Source: Somniosus microcephalus (lineage: Eukaryota). From it: a stretch of 64,000 nucleotides of DNA. Below the pieces are notes generated by a model. The model was not told the DNA's origin, did not search any database, and was given only the letters and a program-made list of their open reading frames with translations. The translations under genes were made by a program, and so were the position numbers. The DNA is taken from the NCBI GenBank assembly GCA_052327205.1, contig CM126222.1:54312001-54376000 (forward strand), in the 5' to 3' direction. Positions within the stretch are counted from its first letter, which is position 1. The number at the start of each line of letters is the position of its first letter. This document shows, piece by piece, positions 38,165-51,700 of the stretch.

Positions 38165-39199
38165 TTTTTTTTCTTTTTTTTCTCCCTTTGTGTAAATCTT
38201 CCTTGTCTCTGTCTGCTCTCTTCTGTAACTTTTGCTCTCTGTGCACATGTATCATGCAGTTTCCGTCTTTCTCTCTGTGTGTCACTCTCTGCAGGCCTTT
38301 CCCTCTTTATATTTGGCAGTCTTCACACACACACACCTCTCACACATTTTCTCTCCATTTCTTTCTGAATGTCCTGTTGTCTTTTTGAATGTAATGCACT
38401 TTCTCTTTCTCCTGTCATAAGTCATGGAGATCTAGTGGCAGACGTGGGGCTCAAAGCATCACAAGAATAACCTCTCTGAGTGGGGAATTACCATTTATCA
38501 TATTGCTGCTTTAATTTGAGCGAGTGTGAGGCAGGGCATAGGTTGGGAAGGAGTAGTGGACTCCGTCTCAAAGGGAGTAGGGAGAAGGACCGAGAGAGCA
38601 GATGCATTCTGGAGATTATGGAGCAAAGTACAGATCAGGATATGGCTGTTCAGTAAAGCTAAGGTTGGGCCTACAGCATGGGCCGGAAGAGAAGCTGGAC
38701 CTTATACGAGGAAGCTGATCAGAGGCTGAGGAGCATAATTAGACCAAGGCCGTTGAGGAGAAGTGGTAAATCTGGGAAATTAGGGACACAGGTGGCTGAC
38801 TATGGGAAGGCTGGAGGCACACAGAGCATATGGGAAATGGCAAGAGGGTGAGAACAGCGAGGTCGGTGGCCCAAAGCTCTCAAGGCAGAGACTGATGGTC
38901 CCACATCAGTGACATGAAGGCAGGAATGGGGCCCAGGCCTTGGGAGTGCTCAAAGCGGGTGTGCAGTCTGGGAGAACTCTGTTGGCAGATTATTTTCCTT
39001 GTGCAGGCACAAAAGGCAGCCAGCCAAGAGAGGGGATAATGAGGTCTTTGTGCAAATGGCTTTCTTTTATGTGCCACATAAATGGGACCAATGCTGAGAG
39101 AACCAGGCTTGTGCCATGAAGTATTGGGGAAGGATGTACCTCAGTTCAGGGTTATTGGTGAGGCCTGGTGAGTGATAATGGGTCATGTGGGAAAAAGCA

Positions 39200-39582
39200 C
39201 TTCCAGGTCAAGTATAGCACAAGCAGATGCAGAGGAAAGTTCACACTACTCTGCCCCAAAAATGAACCTCAACCCCATGCTAAGAAGAACATCCTCTACT
39301 GTACCAGTATGACATTTTTCTATTCTCCACATCACCCATCCTGTGGTTCCTTCGGAATGGCCGCGCCAATTAGTGCTGAATTAGGAGCAGTTTTGTGCTG
39401 TATGCCCACACCCACTATGAACTGGATTGAGACTGTCCAAAATAATTTCACTTAGATCCCTTACAGCCAGAAAATAGAGGGGATTTTCATCCTATCAGCA
39501 GTCTGGGCTAGACTTCTGCTCAGACCTGACTCCTGAGAGATGAAAAGTCAGTATCTAACCCCCTGTGTCATTCGTTCTCCAG
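39200..39582 (-). mobile_element. LF-SINE-like element, near full length
   Basis: - strand reads ttttcatctct...agcccag...gtgaaat...gtctcaatccagttcatagtgg...cacaaaac...gcactaattggc...ggggttgagg...ggggcag...tgctatac, the block order I recall for LF-SINE. Confidence 0.6.
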
Positions 39583-39792
39583 AAAGAGTTTCTTTTGCTG
39601 CATTGAGATTGGATAGAATTCTCTTTCAGAGCAAGGTGATTGGAGAGAGAGGTTTTGCCTGATATTATTAGTGAATAACAAGTGGAAAATAATGAGACTA
39701 ACCCATTAGAAAGAAGAACAACAAAGAGACCTAACCAGTAAGGAAGAAGAAAAATTGAACAGACATGACAGACACAAAAATTGTTATTATGA

Positions 39793-40125
39793 ATTACATA
39801 GAAATGACAGCATAGAAACAAGCCATTCAGCCTAACTGGTCTATGTATATGCTCCACCCTACTTTATCTAACCTTATCCGCTATATATGAAGATATATTC
39901 ATAGTTGCATGGATAGTGATACAGTTACAGATTCTGATATAGAACTATATCAGGGCTTGACATCTATCCTTTCTATTTTTTGTTTTAGGGAGTGAATAGA
40001 GAATAAATAGACACTAGGGCTATGGGGAGAGGGCAGTGGGCATAGTTTTGGATTGCTGTAGCAAGCAGCCTGTGTGATATGATGGGTGGAATGCCCTCCT
40101 TCTATACACTCTTATTGTTCTAAAT
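39793..40125. mobile_element. Two short decayed CR1 3'-UTR fragments (- at 39793-39885, + at 39985-40125)
   Basis: acatagaaatgacagcatagaaacaagccattcagcc resembles 54474-54520; ggctatggggagagggcag...gaatgccctccttct resembles a CR1 3' end. Confidence 0.55.
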
Positions 40126-42569
40126 GATATGAATAATCATTGTCTGGATTAAGTTAAATCTTAGATATACTGGGGTAAAGGTGGATACATTTCCTTCGAT
40201 CAGGATTAATGTAAAAACATATCGTGACATTTGCACAGCCTTTTCTTTTTAAGCTTCTTTTTAAAATCTGTCCATTTGTTCAAACATTGACTGAAGAATG
40301 GATCTATGGTTAACTTCATTTTTCTCATCGTACTGTACCGCATTGAGCAACAAAGTCAGTTATATTGAACTGTAATTCGACAAGAAAAAAGTATACTTTA
40401 ATTGTTGGAAAAGCTGTTCAACATTTAGGCACTCAGTCAGGGTCTGAAAGTAGGATTGCTGTTGTTAGTTGTGTGCTGTCTGAATTGTGTACAGTAACAG
40501 ATGGGTACAAGTGACTTATACAATCGGGGGTTCTAATTACATTACACACTGCAAGGACATGGCTTGAGAATCACTGAGTGTGAAACTAATGGATTGCGGT
40601 CTTGTATTTGAAAGGAATCGTCAGGACAATGCACTACCAATGAAGATAAGTCCCTCTAAACATTGTTATAGACTTATAGATAACAAAACTACAGTAAACT
40701 CATATTATTTCAGACGCTAATGGAAACTGTTTCTGCACATTTTACTGTGATAGAGTACACCATATACCTAGTCAGAAACTTTTCGTACTTAAAGACTGTT
40801 TTTACTTTTAATAATTGAAGGTCACTTTTTGTCCCCCCCAAACCAAGTACCTCAATACTCAAAGTATCCGTCTTTGCAAACCATACATTGAATTATATTA
40901 GAGTGCACTCATGTGGGATGCATAGAACAAGTAACTTAGGTTCAAAATGTACTGAATGTAGGATTATCCTTTGTAAAGCTACTCATTGTGATTAATTTTT
41001 TTTAGAGATTCATGAATGAAGCTTACAGAAAATGCTTGAGTCACTTCTGACAAAAAAGAGCGTAGAATGAATACACAACCCAGCGGGTGGTGCTGATTTT
41101 TGTCATTACCTGACCTTCGATGAATGCCCTCATGTCATCAGGAATTTCTTGCTAGCGAGCAGGATAGTTTTGTGAACACGCTGTTCCTGGAGCAGCATGT
41201 TTAGTTGTAGTAAATGCGACACACATATCTAATCTGCCATGATATTACAACCAATATTGTTTTTAACCAGACTCAGTGAGAGTATCATTTGTAACAATGA
41301 AAGCACTACCTTAACTCTGAATATTAATGTGAAATTCCTGGCGATATAAGGAGCTTTAGTGCCTGTGCAGTACTCTTGTGACTAATTCCCAATCATAAAT
41401 TATATAATGGTAAAACATGCAGTTGCTGCCTCTTGAATAACATATATGGGAATTGTTACATGCACATCCTTGACATTTGATATGGACTTCTTTATCTAAG
41501 AGGCGATATCCCTTGTACTCCATTTGTAGATTTGTAACAAGAAATCCCACTAAAATATTAGTGACACAACAAAATCATTTGAATAATATCTTTGTGTTCT
41601 TCGGAAATACTGTAAACATTTTGTGCAATGATCAGTTTTCCTTGACCGCATGTGAACTAAAAGTGGGAGCTGCCTGGACTCAAATGAAAGGTTGCGTCCT
41701 CTAGGATAGCTTTATGTATTGAAAGAGGAAAATCCTATGAAAGCTGAATACAGTTTAAAAATTATTAATCAGAAATGCTCTCTTTCAAGTAAAACTGGGC
41801 ATTAGAAAATAGAATTTCTGCCTCCAGCAGTTGTGAACAGCTGCAGAAATCAAATGAGAGAAGAGGCATTACTTTGTGCAAAGTTTAACGACCACATTTC
41901 TGTTTGTAAATTACATGAGAGAAACTCGGTTGTTGAGCATCACATCACTATCAGAAATTTGATGATTTGATTGACTATGGCAAGTTTCATTTTTATGTTT
42001 GGCAAAATTTTATACAAGAGATTTTTTTTTTCAATTGTAATTGCTTGTGTGCTTATTGATTTGTGACCTTTATTGAAGACTTCAATATCCTTTCCCATAA
42101 GTCTATCTCTTCATCTTAGATTGGTTTCATATTTTCCAAGAGTGCTGTACTCACAGATCAGCCCTATGGGTGTTACTGAGCTGCCCTTTGACTACAGAAT
42201 CCAAATTTTAATCCTCCCAAAAATGATTATAACAAATCCCACAGTATGTTACTATTCTCCAAACTACTTTGCAATATTCAGAATTGTTGTTTCTTTAATG
42301 GTATGATATCAGTTGCAGATACTTTGAAAGGAAAAAAGGAAAAAAATCCGTATGCAGTGCCCAAAGGGTTACTAATTGCATCTAGTTGCTGAAGATGATT
42401 AACTGCTTTTGGAATTTAGCAAAACAAACTTTTTTTTACAATCTTTAATGAAAAAAAAATGTTTCCACTCTCCTGAAGGCATCGGCGCTTTGCTGCGGGT
42501 TGATTTCACGAGTACCGATCACCTCTGGTACTTCATTTATTTGTGTGTTAACCATGACAGTAGGTCTCG

Positions 42570-42812
42570 TTAACTGTGAGGGATCTCCGAGTAGAGAGCA
42601 ATCCTGTCTGGATCCGGCATCTGAACACACTCCAGTGCTCACTGGATAGAGACCAGGTGCAGGTACCTTGGCTGATACTCTCTTCCCCGATCCAGGCCAC
42701 TGGGGCCAATTGTAACGTCTCTCCTGCTGCTTGGCTGAGAACAGCTAACTCAGCACAGATCAGACCCGGAGCCTTCCTGATCTGTATCACTGGTTAAGTT
42801 CACTGAGTCCAG
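42570..42812 (-). mobile_element. SINE-like repeat, second family
   Basis: Reverse complement aligns by eye with 36200-36410 and 50840-51060. Confidence 0.55.
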
Positions 42813-45589
42813 GGAATCGAGTGACCTGTCTGTTTTGTAGATTAATTTAAAAGAATAAAGCCTGAAATTTTCAAATGGACCAAACCTGTAAACATTTGAT
42901 GGTTTGTGTGAATCACTCAGAAGTTAGCTGTGCTGTGATGTTAAGATAGAGGACACTACCTGATTTTAGAAATATTGACTATGTAAATAAATTGTACTAT
43001 CACAATATCCCTTCCTTTCTAAAAAACGTAACGTAACAATTTGTGAGATTCCTGTAATTTAACTGGCAGTGCATATTTTTTGTATCTGTGTTCCCTTCGA
43101 TTCTCTGTGAATCAACACTGCAATTAGGTAAAGTGCTTAAAGAAAGACGGGTACGGGCTTGCTCCATTCCACAGCAGATGTGAAGCTTGTCCAGATTTCA
43201 AATGATAATTATGGCTTTGAACAGGTCTCACACATGACATAATTAGAACTGAAAATATAAACATTTAAAAATGTATAACAAGTCATTATTTCTGTCAACA
43301 ATGCAACTAATTTTATTTTTTAATCAAAACAAAACTGCAAATGACCACATTTGTTAATGTGATGATGTAAAACAAAAATAGACTTGCGCCTTTTTTTCAA
43401 AGGCATGTCTTCTCTTTCCCTTGGGTTTTCTGTTAAAAGTATAACATCACAAAATGACATCCTTTATCTCCTGCATGAATCCCTCTAATTGCCGTCTGTG
43501 GATCATTTTCTTATTTCACCCTCCGAATACTGAATATTTCTACCAACTTTCAATATCCAGTACACCAGCATTCTCCATAGTAGTGTATGAGAGGCAGCTA
43601 CCCAGCCTTATTTTTAACCAACCCACTTGCATGTGTATTGGGGTAGGGGGAGATGGGGAAGGAAAATGTTATCCAAAATGTTTCAGACCATTATTATCTG
43701 TCAGTAAATGTTTAAATGTGTTAACTTCAGTTATGAGCTTTTAATCATTTTTTTGAAATAAAATATCGGCAGAAAAAGAATAAAATACTTCAAGTAATAT
43801 TATCCAACTCTTCTGAAATCTCCTATAGTCGCCTCTAGTAACTGTTGCTCTCTCTCCCTTTCTATTTTTTGGGTGAATGCTCATTTGCACTCTTCCTGTT
43901 TATTTGCATTATATTTTTCTATGGAGAATTTGATCGACTTGAGTCGTAAAATATTCTGAACCAACCCTACCCAGCGTTCTGAATTATATACACTCTCTTA
44001 ACCGGCATGACAACATTCTCGCAAGCTGTTGGGCGTTTGCTTTATTCGTTCATATATCGTGCGCTGTCCTGAATAGAAGTTAAATTTTTTAAACCAAGAA
44101 AATTACAAAAATGTAGGAGGTGCAGCTTTTTAAAAGTGATTATGGTCCAGTAAACCGAAGTACAATGGAGATCCAGATTCTGTCACGATAGGTGGTGATA
44201 ACACCTGTCATTAGTCTATCAAATCTTCTGCCATGCTACATGTTGAATACAGATTGTAATAACCAAAAGGAAGCTTATGATGAAATGGAATTTTTTTCCG
44301 CTGAATCAAAGGATACTGTAAACTGAGAAGTGTATGTGACTCTCGCACTATTGAGCTACTTTCTAATACTTTGCATGACAGACACGCAGACAACCATTTT
44401 TTGAAGATGTTACATGACAGCAAATATGTGTACTCTGAATGCAACAAGGGCCACTCAGCACGCAGAGAGTTATTAGCCAAGATAAGTACCGTCAGTGCAA
44501 TCTCCAGTCAAATTCAGCTGTAAGATAACTAGGGAAAAAATAAATGTTGGCCTTTCTTCTTGCCTGTTCCTTCTCACCATGAATTCATAACTATGTTTAT
44601 GCATTACCACCAACATATTTAAATGAGAAATGCTGGCGCTTAATATCAGACCAGATAACGAGAACCTTTAAATTGGGTCTTTTTGAAAAAGCGCACAAAA
44701 TGTGATTATTTAGTGTTTTGCATTTCATGACCCAAGTTGTGGAATTACATCCATTCCAAGATCATCATAGTTCTGTTGAATATATCTTTTACAAATGCAT
44801 CTCAGAAGTATACAAATGCAATTGTGAATAGAATGCTTCAGAAACAAATTACAGTTTTTATTTTTATGTGCAGTCTTTGATTCTCTTTTAATGTCATTTT
44901 ATTATTTTGTTTGTCATTCCTTTGGTGCAAGGTCTGAATGGAAATCAGTTGCTCTTGACTAATTGGGTTATTACATTTCTTTTGAGTGCAAACACTGTAT
45001 ACATATTTTTAAATATAATAAAATATGTGAGGATTTAAAAAAAAAAAGAATGTCTTGGCAGTGTTGTTGTCTTCATCTCATTTGAATAAACTAATTCAAC
45101 CATCTCCCACTCAGAAGAGCTGAAAATGAATCGCGAACAGTAGCTTCGGATAACTCCAGCATCACACAGATTTGTGTTTTTTTTTATATATATAAATAAA
45201 CTTTCTTATACAACCAGTTGGAATTATGCGTCATTGTAAAACAGAACCTTGCAGCTACCAGTTATTTAATTACAGGTTCTGGGCATTTTACTATTTGCTT
45301 TTGGTGCTGTGAGACCACACTGAGCTACTTGTAGGCATTCCAGGAATAAGAAAAGGCACAATTAGAAAATCACTAAGAGGGGGTGGGGGAGAGGGTTAAA
45401 TGATCCCCAGACTTAAAGGAACAGTTGAAATATGGAAATGATGCTGTACATGTTTTACTGCCGTTCGATTTTATCCCAGCGTGTGTAGAAGAAAACCAAT
45501 CCAAAGCGGGTAGTGTCTAGATGGTTACTACTGCATTCTTACACTTTTCTTTCCAAAATCATGTGCAGCAGCAACTTTGAGTCCGTTGT

Positions 45590-46060
45590 ATAAAAACAGA
45601 AAATGCTGGCAATGCACACTGGGAAAAGAGAAGAAACAGTGAACCCAGGATTACAGCTATCTCCAAGACCAAGGATTACAGATTACAGATATCTCCAAGT
45701 GGTTCACTGCCACTTCTCTTCTAGGAATGCCTACCTCAGACGAGAATAGACAGCTTCATGTTTTGGGTATGAACATTCATCAGAAGCTTGCAATTCTGTT
45801 GAAGGGTTTAGACCAAAAACATTCACTTATCTTTGCTCTTTTCCGATTCTGCTTGCGCATTTGTAGAACTTTCTGTTTTATTTCAAATTTCCACAATTCC
45901 TTTTTTAACATTTTTATTTCAACTTGTTAAAATTGTAAAATAAATAAAGCGGGGGGGGGGGTGGGGGGGGAAATCCTGGAAATACACAGAAGGTCAATCG
46001 CCATCTGGAAGAAAACTGCATTAGCACTAGCATTTCGTGTTTCTTTTTTCCCCAAATGTT
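45590..46060. mobile_element. Decayed Penelope-derived terminal-repeat pieces
   Basis: ataaaaacagaaaatgctgg; ttctgttgaagggtttagaccaaaaac; tttctgttttatttcaaatttcca. Confidence 0.45.
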
Positions 46061-48890
46061 TTACATTCACAGTTTTTCTTTTCATCTCCCCCTTGTTAAA
46101 ATGTGCCAGCCACACATTTCAAAGGAAATTCATAGTCGAATGACTTTTTTTTTAAACAAAAGCTTTCCAAACATTTTCATGTGCTATCTCATTTGTAAAA
46201 TTATTCGTGATGTTCTTACAGAGAGCAGAATTGAAGTTTGTTTTGTGGTTCTGATAGATTGAAAGCTGTTAAAGGAGATTAATTATTCATAGGCTAAAAT
46301 GTGGCTAGTGGGCTTTGACAGTGCATTGGTTTTGAACTGCAAAATAGCTGTTTTTCTGACTGTTCAGGAACCCAGCTGTTACTACTGGTGGGCACCCAGA
46401 TCAAAATTAAAATCCCTTCGCCATTACACAAGGAGGTTAAAAAAGGAGAAAACAAGAAAGCTTCATTTCCCTTCAGAAGTCATTGTTTCCTTTTGTTCCA
46501 AGACTGTGGGCTTGAGAGGCTGACACACAACTCACACATACACTTGTGTTCCGATTAAAAAAGAAGTTAAGAATATTGCAGGAAAAACAGGATATCGGTT
46601 GCAGAGGATGGGAAACTGGCACTGAACTCCGGACTGCTGGAGTTAAGTGAGTGTTGGGAATGCGACTGGTGCCAGGAGTTTGAGTCAGATGTTCAGTGGA
46701 GGCAGGAGAGAGTGTGAGAGACTACAGATGCAATTTGTCTCAGGGCTAGAGCCAGGATCCCGGAATTAATTCAGCAGAGTCAAAATCATTTGGGACGGAA
46801 TGATAGAGCTGTACTCATTCCTAAAATCAACTGCTGTATTAACAAGACTGGGCTAAACTAATCAAACTAGACATGTAGGAGTAAGCCAGACCAGATTGGA
46901 AGTTTTTTGATTCCATGCAGGTACATTGTACCTTTATTCTTGAGACAGTCACCCTTGAAATGAGAGTGTTTATTATATTTATATAAGAGAGTGGAGGAGT
47001 GGGGAGCATCGCCTCTGCAATAACGCTGTGAGCACTTAGTCTTTCAGATTCTTTGCATTTGTTTGACTAACAAAACACTTCTTATGTGTTGAACTCGTGC
47101 TGTACAATATTAGCAACAAATGTATTAAACCAACCGATGAAATTCCTGTTTTAACAAAAGCATCAAACCGTTTAATTTAAACAATTTAGGCCTTTATTAA
47201 ATTAGCAGAGGGATTTTATACCAGCACGCTAACGTGTTTGCCAATAATATTACACGGCAAACCTTGAAGCATAAAAGTCCTTCCAATTATTTTTTTTTAA
47301 ATGTCTTTTTTACTTTTTCAGAGAGACAACAAAAAAATATTAAGCAGTTTAATCTTAGCAATAAGTCACAAATTGAGACGCCCTGCGGTTATACAGTTGT
47401 GGCCTCCAAACCGTGCAGGCTCTCTGCATCATGCACTGTCCCTGGCTTAGAAGGTGGCAATCCCTGATCACGTGTCTGCTGCCCATGCTGCCCTATACCT
47501 GGCCACCAATAAGCGTATGATAGTGTCCCGGGATGAATCTCCCTGTGAAGGAGCTCCTGGCCTCCGCTCAGTGGCCTCTCCATGACTGCTTGGCTGGGCT
47601 CAAGAATGGTTCTTGCGGGGAATTCTACAGGGAGCTAATTTGCACCCTCCCACTCCCTGGCACAGACCGCAGTGTGCAGCACCACCCACAGCTGAGCAAT
47701 TCTATACATGCAAAGGAAGTTGAGGGAAGGCTCTATAAACAAAAGAAAGACGGTAAATTGTACCAAAAAGAAACTTTCTACAATTTGTATTTAATAATGA
47801 AAAAAGGCAGCTGGTGTTAATTCCTATCTTCACTAATTTTACCAAATAATTAGACCTGAGTATAAAGTGCTGGACCACAACTTATTATTCAAATCTAGCT
47901 TTTGGCTAAACTAAAGAAAGACAGCCCCATGGAGATTAATAGGTGGGTGGGAGAGAAAATAGTCATCTTTGGTGTTTTTCTGAAGATAGAATCAGGAGTG
48001 AAGCTGAAGCAAATTTTTTTGACATTGTAATCACTCCTGACCTCCACTATTCATCTATCTGTATAGACCTGGATTTTCCTGGGGGCTTGTGCCATATGAC
48101 ATAGGGAGCCTTGAAATTCTGGGGTACGTGACTTACCCTGTTAATTACATCACTCCATATTGTCTTTGTACTTTTACACCACTCCGCCATTACCCCCGCC
48201 GAAAATAGTTAGGAGTTAATCATCATAGCTCCGCCCTTATTACATTTAATGGTGGTCGCGATTTTCCTGCCTTTTAAGACCGTTTTCACACTGCTGCCAT
48301 TTAGACTGAAAAATAATAGCACTGGTGGCCTGGCAGCCGAGTGATTTATTGATTTTAAATGTATTCTCTGATTGCATTTAAATGACATGTTAATGTGTTT
48401 GCTGATCGGGACTTGTAGGGGGGAAAAAAAAAAGACAGATTCTTAAACCTGTCATGTCATGTCAATGTCATGCCAATAAAACAATTATTTTCTTTACTGT
48501 ATTTTCTAAACAATGTTTCCTTTTTGAGCTTTTATTGGTGCTAATTCACAAATTTGTTTAACTAAAAGATCCATTGAAATAAATAAATGCCTAAAAAAAA
48601 ATTCAACAGTTGTGTGTACAGATGGTTAATCTGTGGCAGGCACAGCCAAGCAGCGGCACTGCGGTTTTAAATGAAGTTATCAGGAATCTTCTATGGAATG
48701 ATGGAAGTAGAGTGGTCATTGGCAGCACTGCTTCTGATTCGCCGCTACACTCTAATTAGGAATCCAGGAAACTATGGAGTAAGTTATCACTGGTCAGATC
48801 GGCATACTAGATGGTGACATTTACGATCAATGTCACTCATCTCGTTATTGCAGGAACATCTGGGCCATAATCGCTCTCACTCTCCATTGT

Positions 48891-50048
48891 TCTATCTATA
48901 TAATCACTCTCACCGTCTATTGTTGGTCTCTCTATATAATCACTCCCACTGTCTATTGTTGGTCTGTCTATATAATCACTCCCACTGTCTATTGTTGGTC
49001 TGTCTATATAATCACTCCCACTGTCTATTGTTGGTCTGTCTATATAATCACTCCCACTGTCTATTGTTGGTCTGTCTATATAATCACTCCCACTGTCTAT
49101 TGTTGGCCTGTCTATATAATCACTCCCACTGTCTATTGTTGGCCTATCTATATAATCACTGCCACTGTCTATTGTTGGTCTGTCTATATAATCACTCCCA
49201 CTGTCTATTGTTGGCCTATCTATATAATCACTCCCACTGTCTATTGTTGGTCTGTCTATATAATCACTCCCACTGTCTATTGTTGGTCTGTCTATATAAT
49301 CACTGCCACTGTCTATTGTTGGCCTATCTATATAATCACTCCCACTGTCTATTGTTGGTCTATCTATATAATCACTCCCACTGTCTATTGTTGGTCTGTC
49401 TATATAATCACTCCCACTGTCTATTGTTGGTCTGTCTATATAATCACTCCCACTGTCTATTGTTGGCCTATCTATATAATCACTCCCACTGTCTATTGTT
49501 GGTCTATCTATATAATCACTGCCACTGTCTATTGTTGGTCTATCTATATAATCACTCCCACTGTCTATTGTTGGTCTATCTATATAATCACTCCCACTGT
49601 CTATTGTTGGTCTATCTATATAATCACTGCCACTGTCTATTGTTGGCCTATCTATATAATCACGCCCACTGTCTATTGTTGGTCTATCTATATAATCACT
49701 CCCACTGTCTATTGTTGGTCTATCTATATAATCACTGCCACTGTCTATTGTTGGCCTATCTATATAATCACTCCCACTGTCTATTGTTGGCCTATCTATA
49801 TAATCACTGCCACTGTCTATTGTTGGTCTGTCTATATAATCACTCCCACTGTCTATTGTTGGTTTGTCTATATAATCACTCCCACTGTCTATTGTTGGTC
49901 TATCTATATAATCACTCCCACTGTCTATTGTTGGTCTATCTATATAATCACTCCCACTGTCTATTGTTGGTCTATCTATATAATCACTCCCACTGTCTAT
50001 TGTTGGTCTATCTATATAATCACTCCCACTGTCTATTGTTGGTCTATC
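48891..50048. repeat. 36-bp minisatellite, about 32 copies
   Basis: Unit TCTATATAATCACTCCCACTGTCTATTGTTGGTCTR; gives 12-aa periodic ORFs on both strands. Confidence 0.97.
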
Positions 50049-50379
50049 TTTACAAAAATAATGGTGGATTGTCACCCTCCAAATGTCAAAAATGTGTGTC
50101 AAAAATATTAACCAGTATAAGAAGTATCAAAGAAAAGATGCTTCTTTTTTCTGACCTGGAACCTGAAATTTACAAGCGCCTACCGGCAAATAACAATTAA
50201 GCTCTTGATTGATCTCAGGACTTATTTAGGACAGTTCGCACTTGGGGCACCTGAGCATTGGCCTTCAAGGGAGAGACGAGGTTATCAGCTAAAACAGCAC
50301 AACAGTGTTCCAGATCCCAGGCTACCCCTGAGCAATACCATGGGAGACCAGATGTGTGTGTTTATGCATTTAGTGGTGT

Positions 50380-50760
50380 TACTGTTCTCTCTTTTCTTAA
50401 CCAATTCTCTCCTTGGTTCTCCCAAAGGCGCTAACTCCTTGCTTTAGTTTGGGCACCAGTCACCCGTTGATGCCTCTCCCAAGGAACAATTATTCACGTG
50501 TGAGCCTTGGCTGTGAGAATCTACAGGCTATTGAATCACAGAGGTGTGATTCTATCCTCAACTGACAAGTAGAAATGTGTAGTTACAGCAAGAGGCTCTG
50601 GATGGTGATTAGGAGCAAGAACTCTCTATGGTTTCCCTTCCTATCCAAGTGCTGATTTGGCCAAGACCAGCGAACTCCGCACAGACTGTGGATCAAATCC
50701 AGGACCTTCCTGGTCTGTTTGCCTCCGCTATTGACTGGATAATACCATGGGGTCATGGGG
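50380..50760 (-). mobile_element. SINE-like repeat, second family
   Basis: gatcaaatccaggaccttcctggtctgt and gaactccgcacagac are complementary to blocks in the + copies. Confidence 0.55.
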
Positions 50761-50799
50761 GAAGCCAGCAGTATTACCTTTAACCAGAACATTTGAGTC

Positions 50800-51700
50800 G
50801 CAGCTTTCCCTATCGCTCAGTTGCTTTAAGGAAACCTGTAACTGAGCCACACAGACTAAAAGGTCTCGGAATTGATTCCAGTCCGTGCCAGGTTAGTGGA
50901 TTTTACCCAGGTTGGCAGTGGCGGTACTACAGTTTGCCTCGGCTCCCTGCGACAGAGAGGGGAAAATCACCCAGAGTTCCTATTCCTGATTACTATTCAG
51001 TGAACTCTGCTGGAAAGTGTGCAGGTGTGGACTATCGGGCGTCAACAGGATCAGGCTCACTGTGACAATTCCCGTGGTCAAATTCACCAGAATCATACCA
51101 AGGCTTAAAGGGTTAAATTATAAGGACAGGTTGCATAAACCTCATTTGTATTGACTTGAATTTCGAAGGTTGAGGGGTGATCTAATTGTGGCCTTTAAAA
51201 TGGTAGAGGGATACGATCGGGTAGTTACAGAAAAACTATTCCCTCTGGTGGGAGAGTCCAGAACACGAGGGCATAATCTTTATTGGTGTTGGGCCATTTA
51301 GAAGTGAAATCAGGAAATACGTTTTCACACACAGCGCAGTGGAAATCTGGAATTCTTCCCCAAAATACTGTAGATGCTGGGTCAAAGGAGATTTTCAAGA
51401 CTGAAATCGATAAATTTTGTTACGTAAGGGTATCAAAGGACATTAAGCAAAGGTGAGTAAATGGAGTTGAGGAACAGACCAGCCATGAGCTAATTGAATG
51501 GCGGAACCGGCCCAAGGGGCTCAACGGTCTACTCCTGTTCCGACCATCCTGTCCTAAAAACCCCGCTGACTCTCATCGTCACAAATAAAGAATGGCCAAA
51601 GCGGAATCAGATGGCAGACGGTCCCAATTGAACTGTACCTCAGCAGGAGGTAATGTCTTCAGGAGAGGACGAAGAGGAGAAAAGGGAAGAAAATTGTTAA
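50800..51700 (+). mobile_element. SINE-like repeat, second family, interrupted by a CR1 fragment
   Basis: gctcagttg head; body collinear with 36170-36590, broken at gtggtcaaat| and resuming near 51560. Confidence 0.55.
51085..51557 (+). mobile_element. Decayed 5'-truncated CR1 3' fragment
   Basis: gaaggttgaggggtgatctaatt, ccagaacacgaggggcataatctt, agccatgagctaattgaatggcggaa...ctactcctgttcc parallel 10190-10710. Confidence 0.85.

Noticed and set aside
48830-50200. 456-aa (+) and 421-aa (-) repeat ORFs; superficial CRISPR-like 36-bp periodicity
   Set aside because: Head-to-tail tandem units with no unique spacers and no cas genes in a vertebrate context; the ORFs follow from the 36-bp unit.
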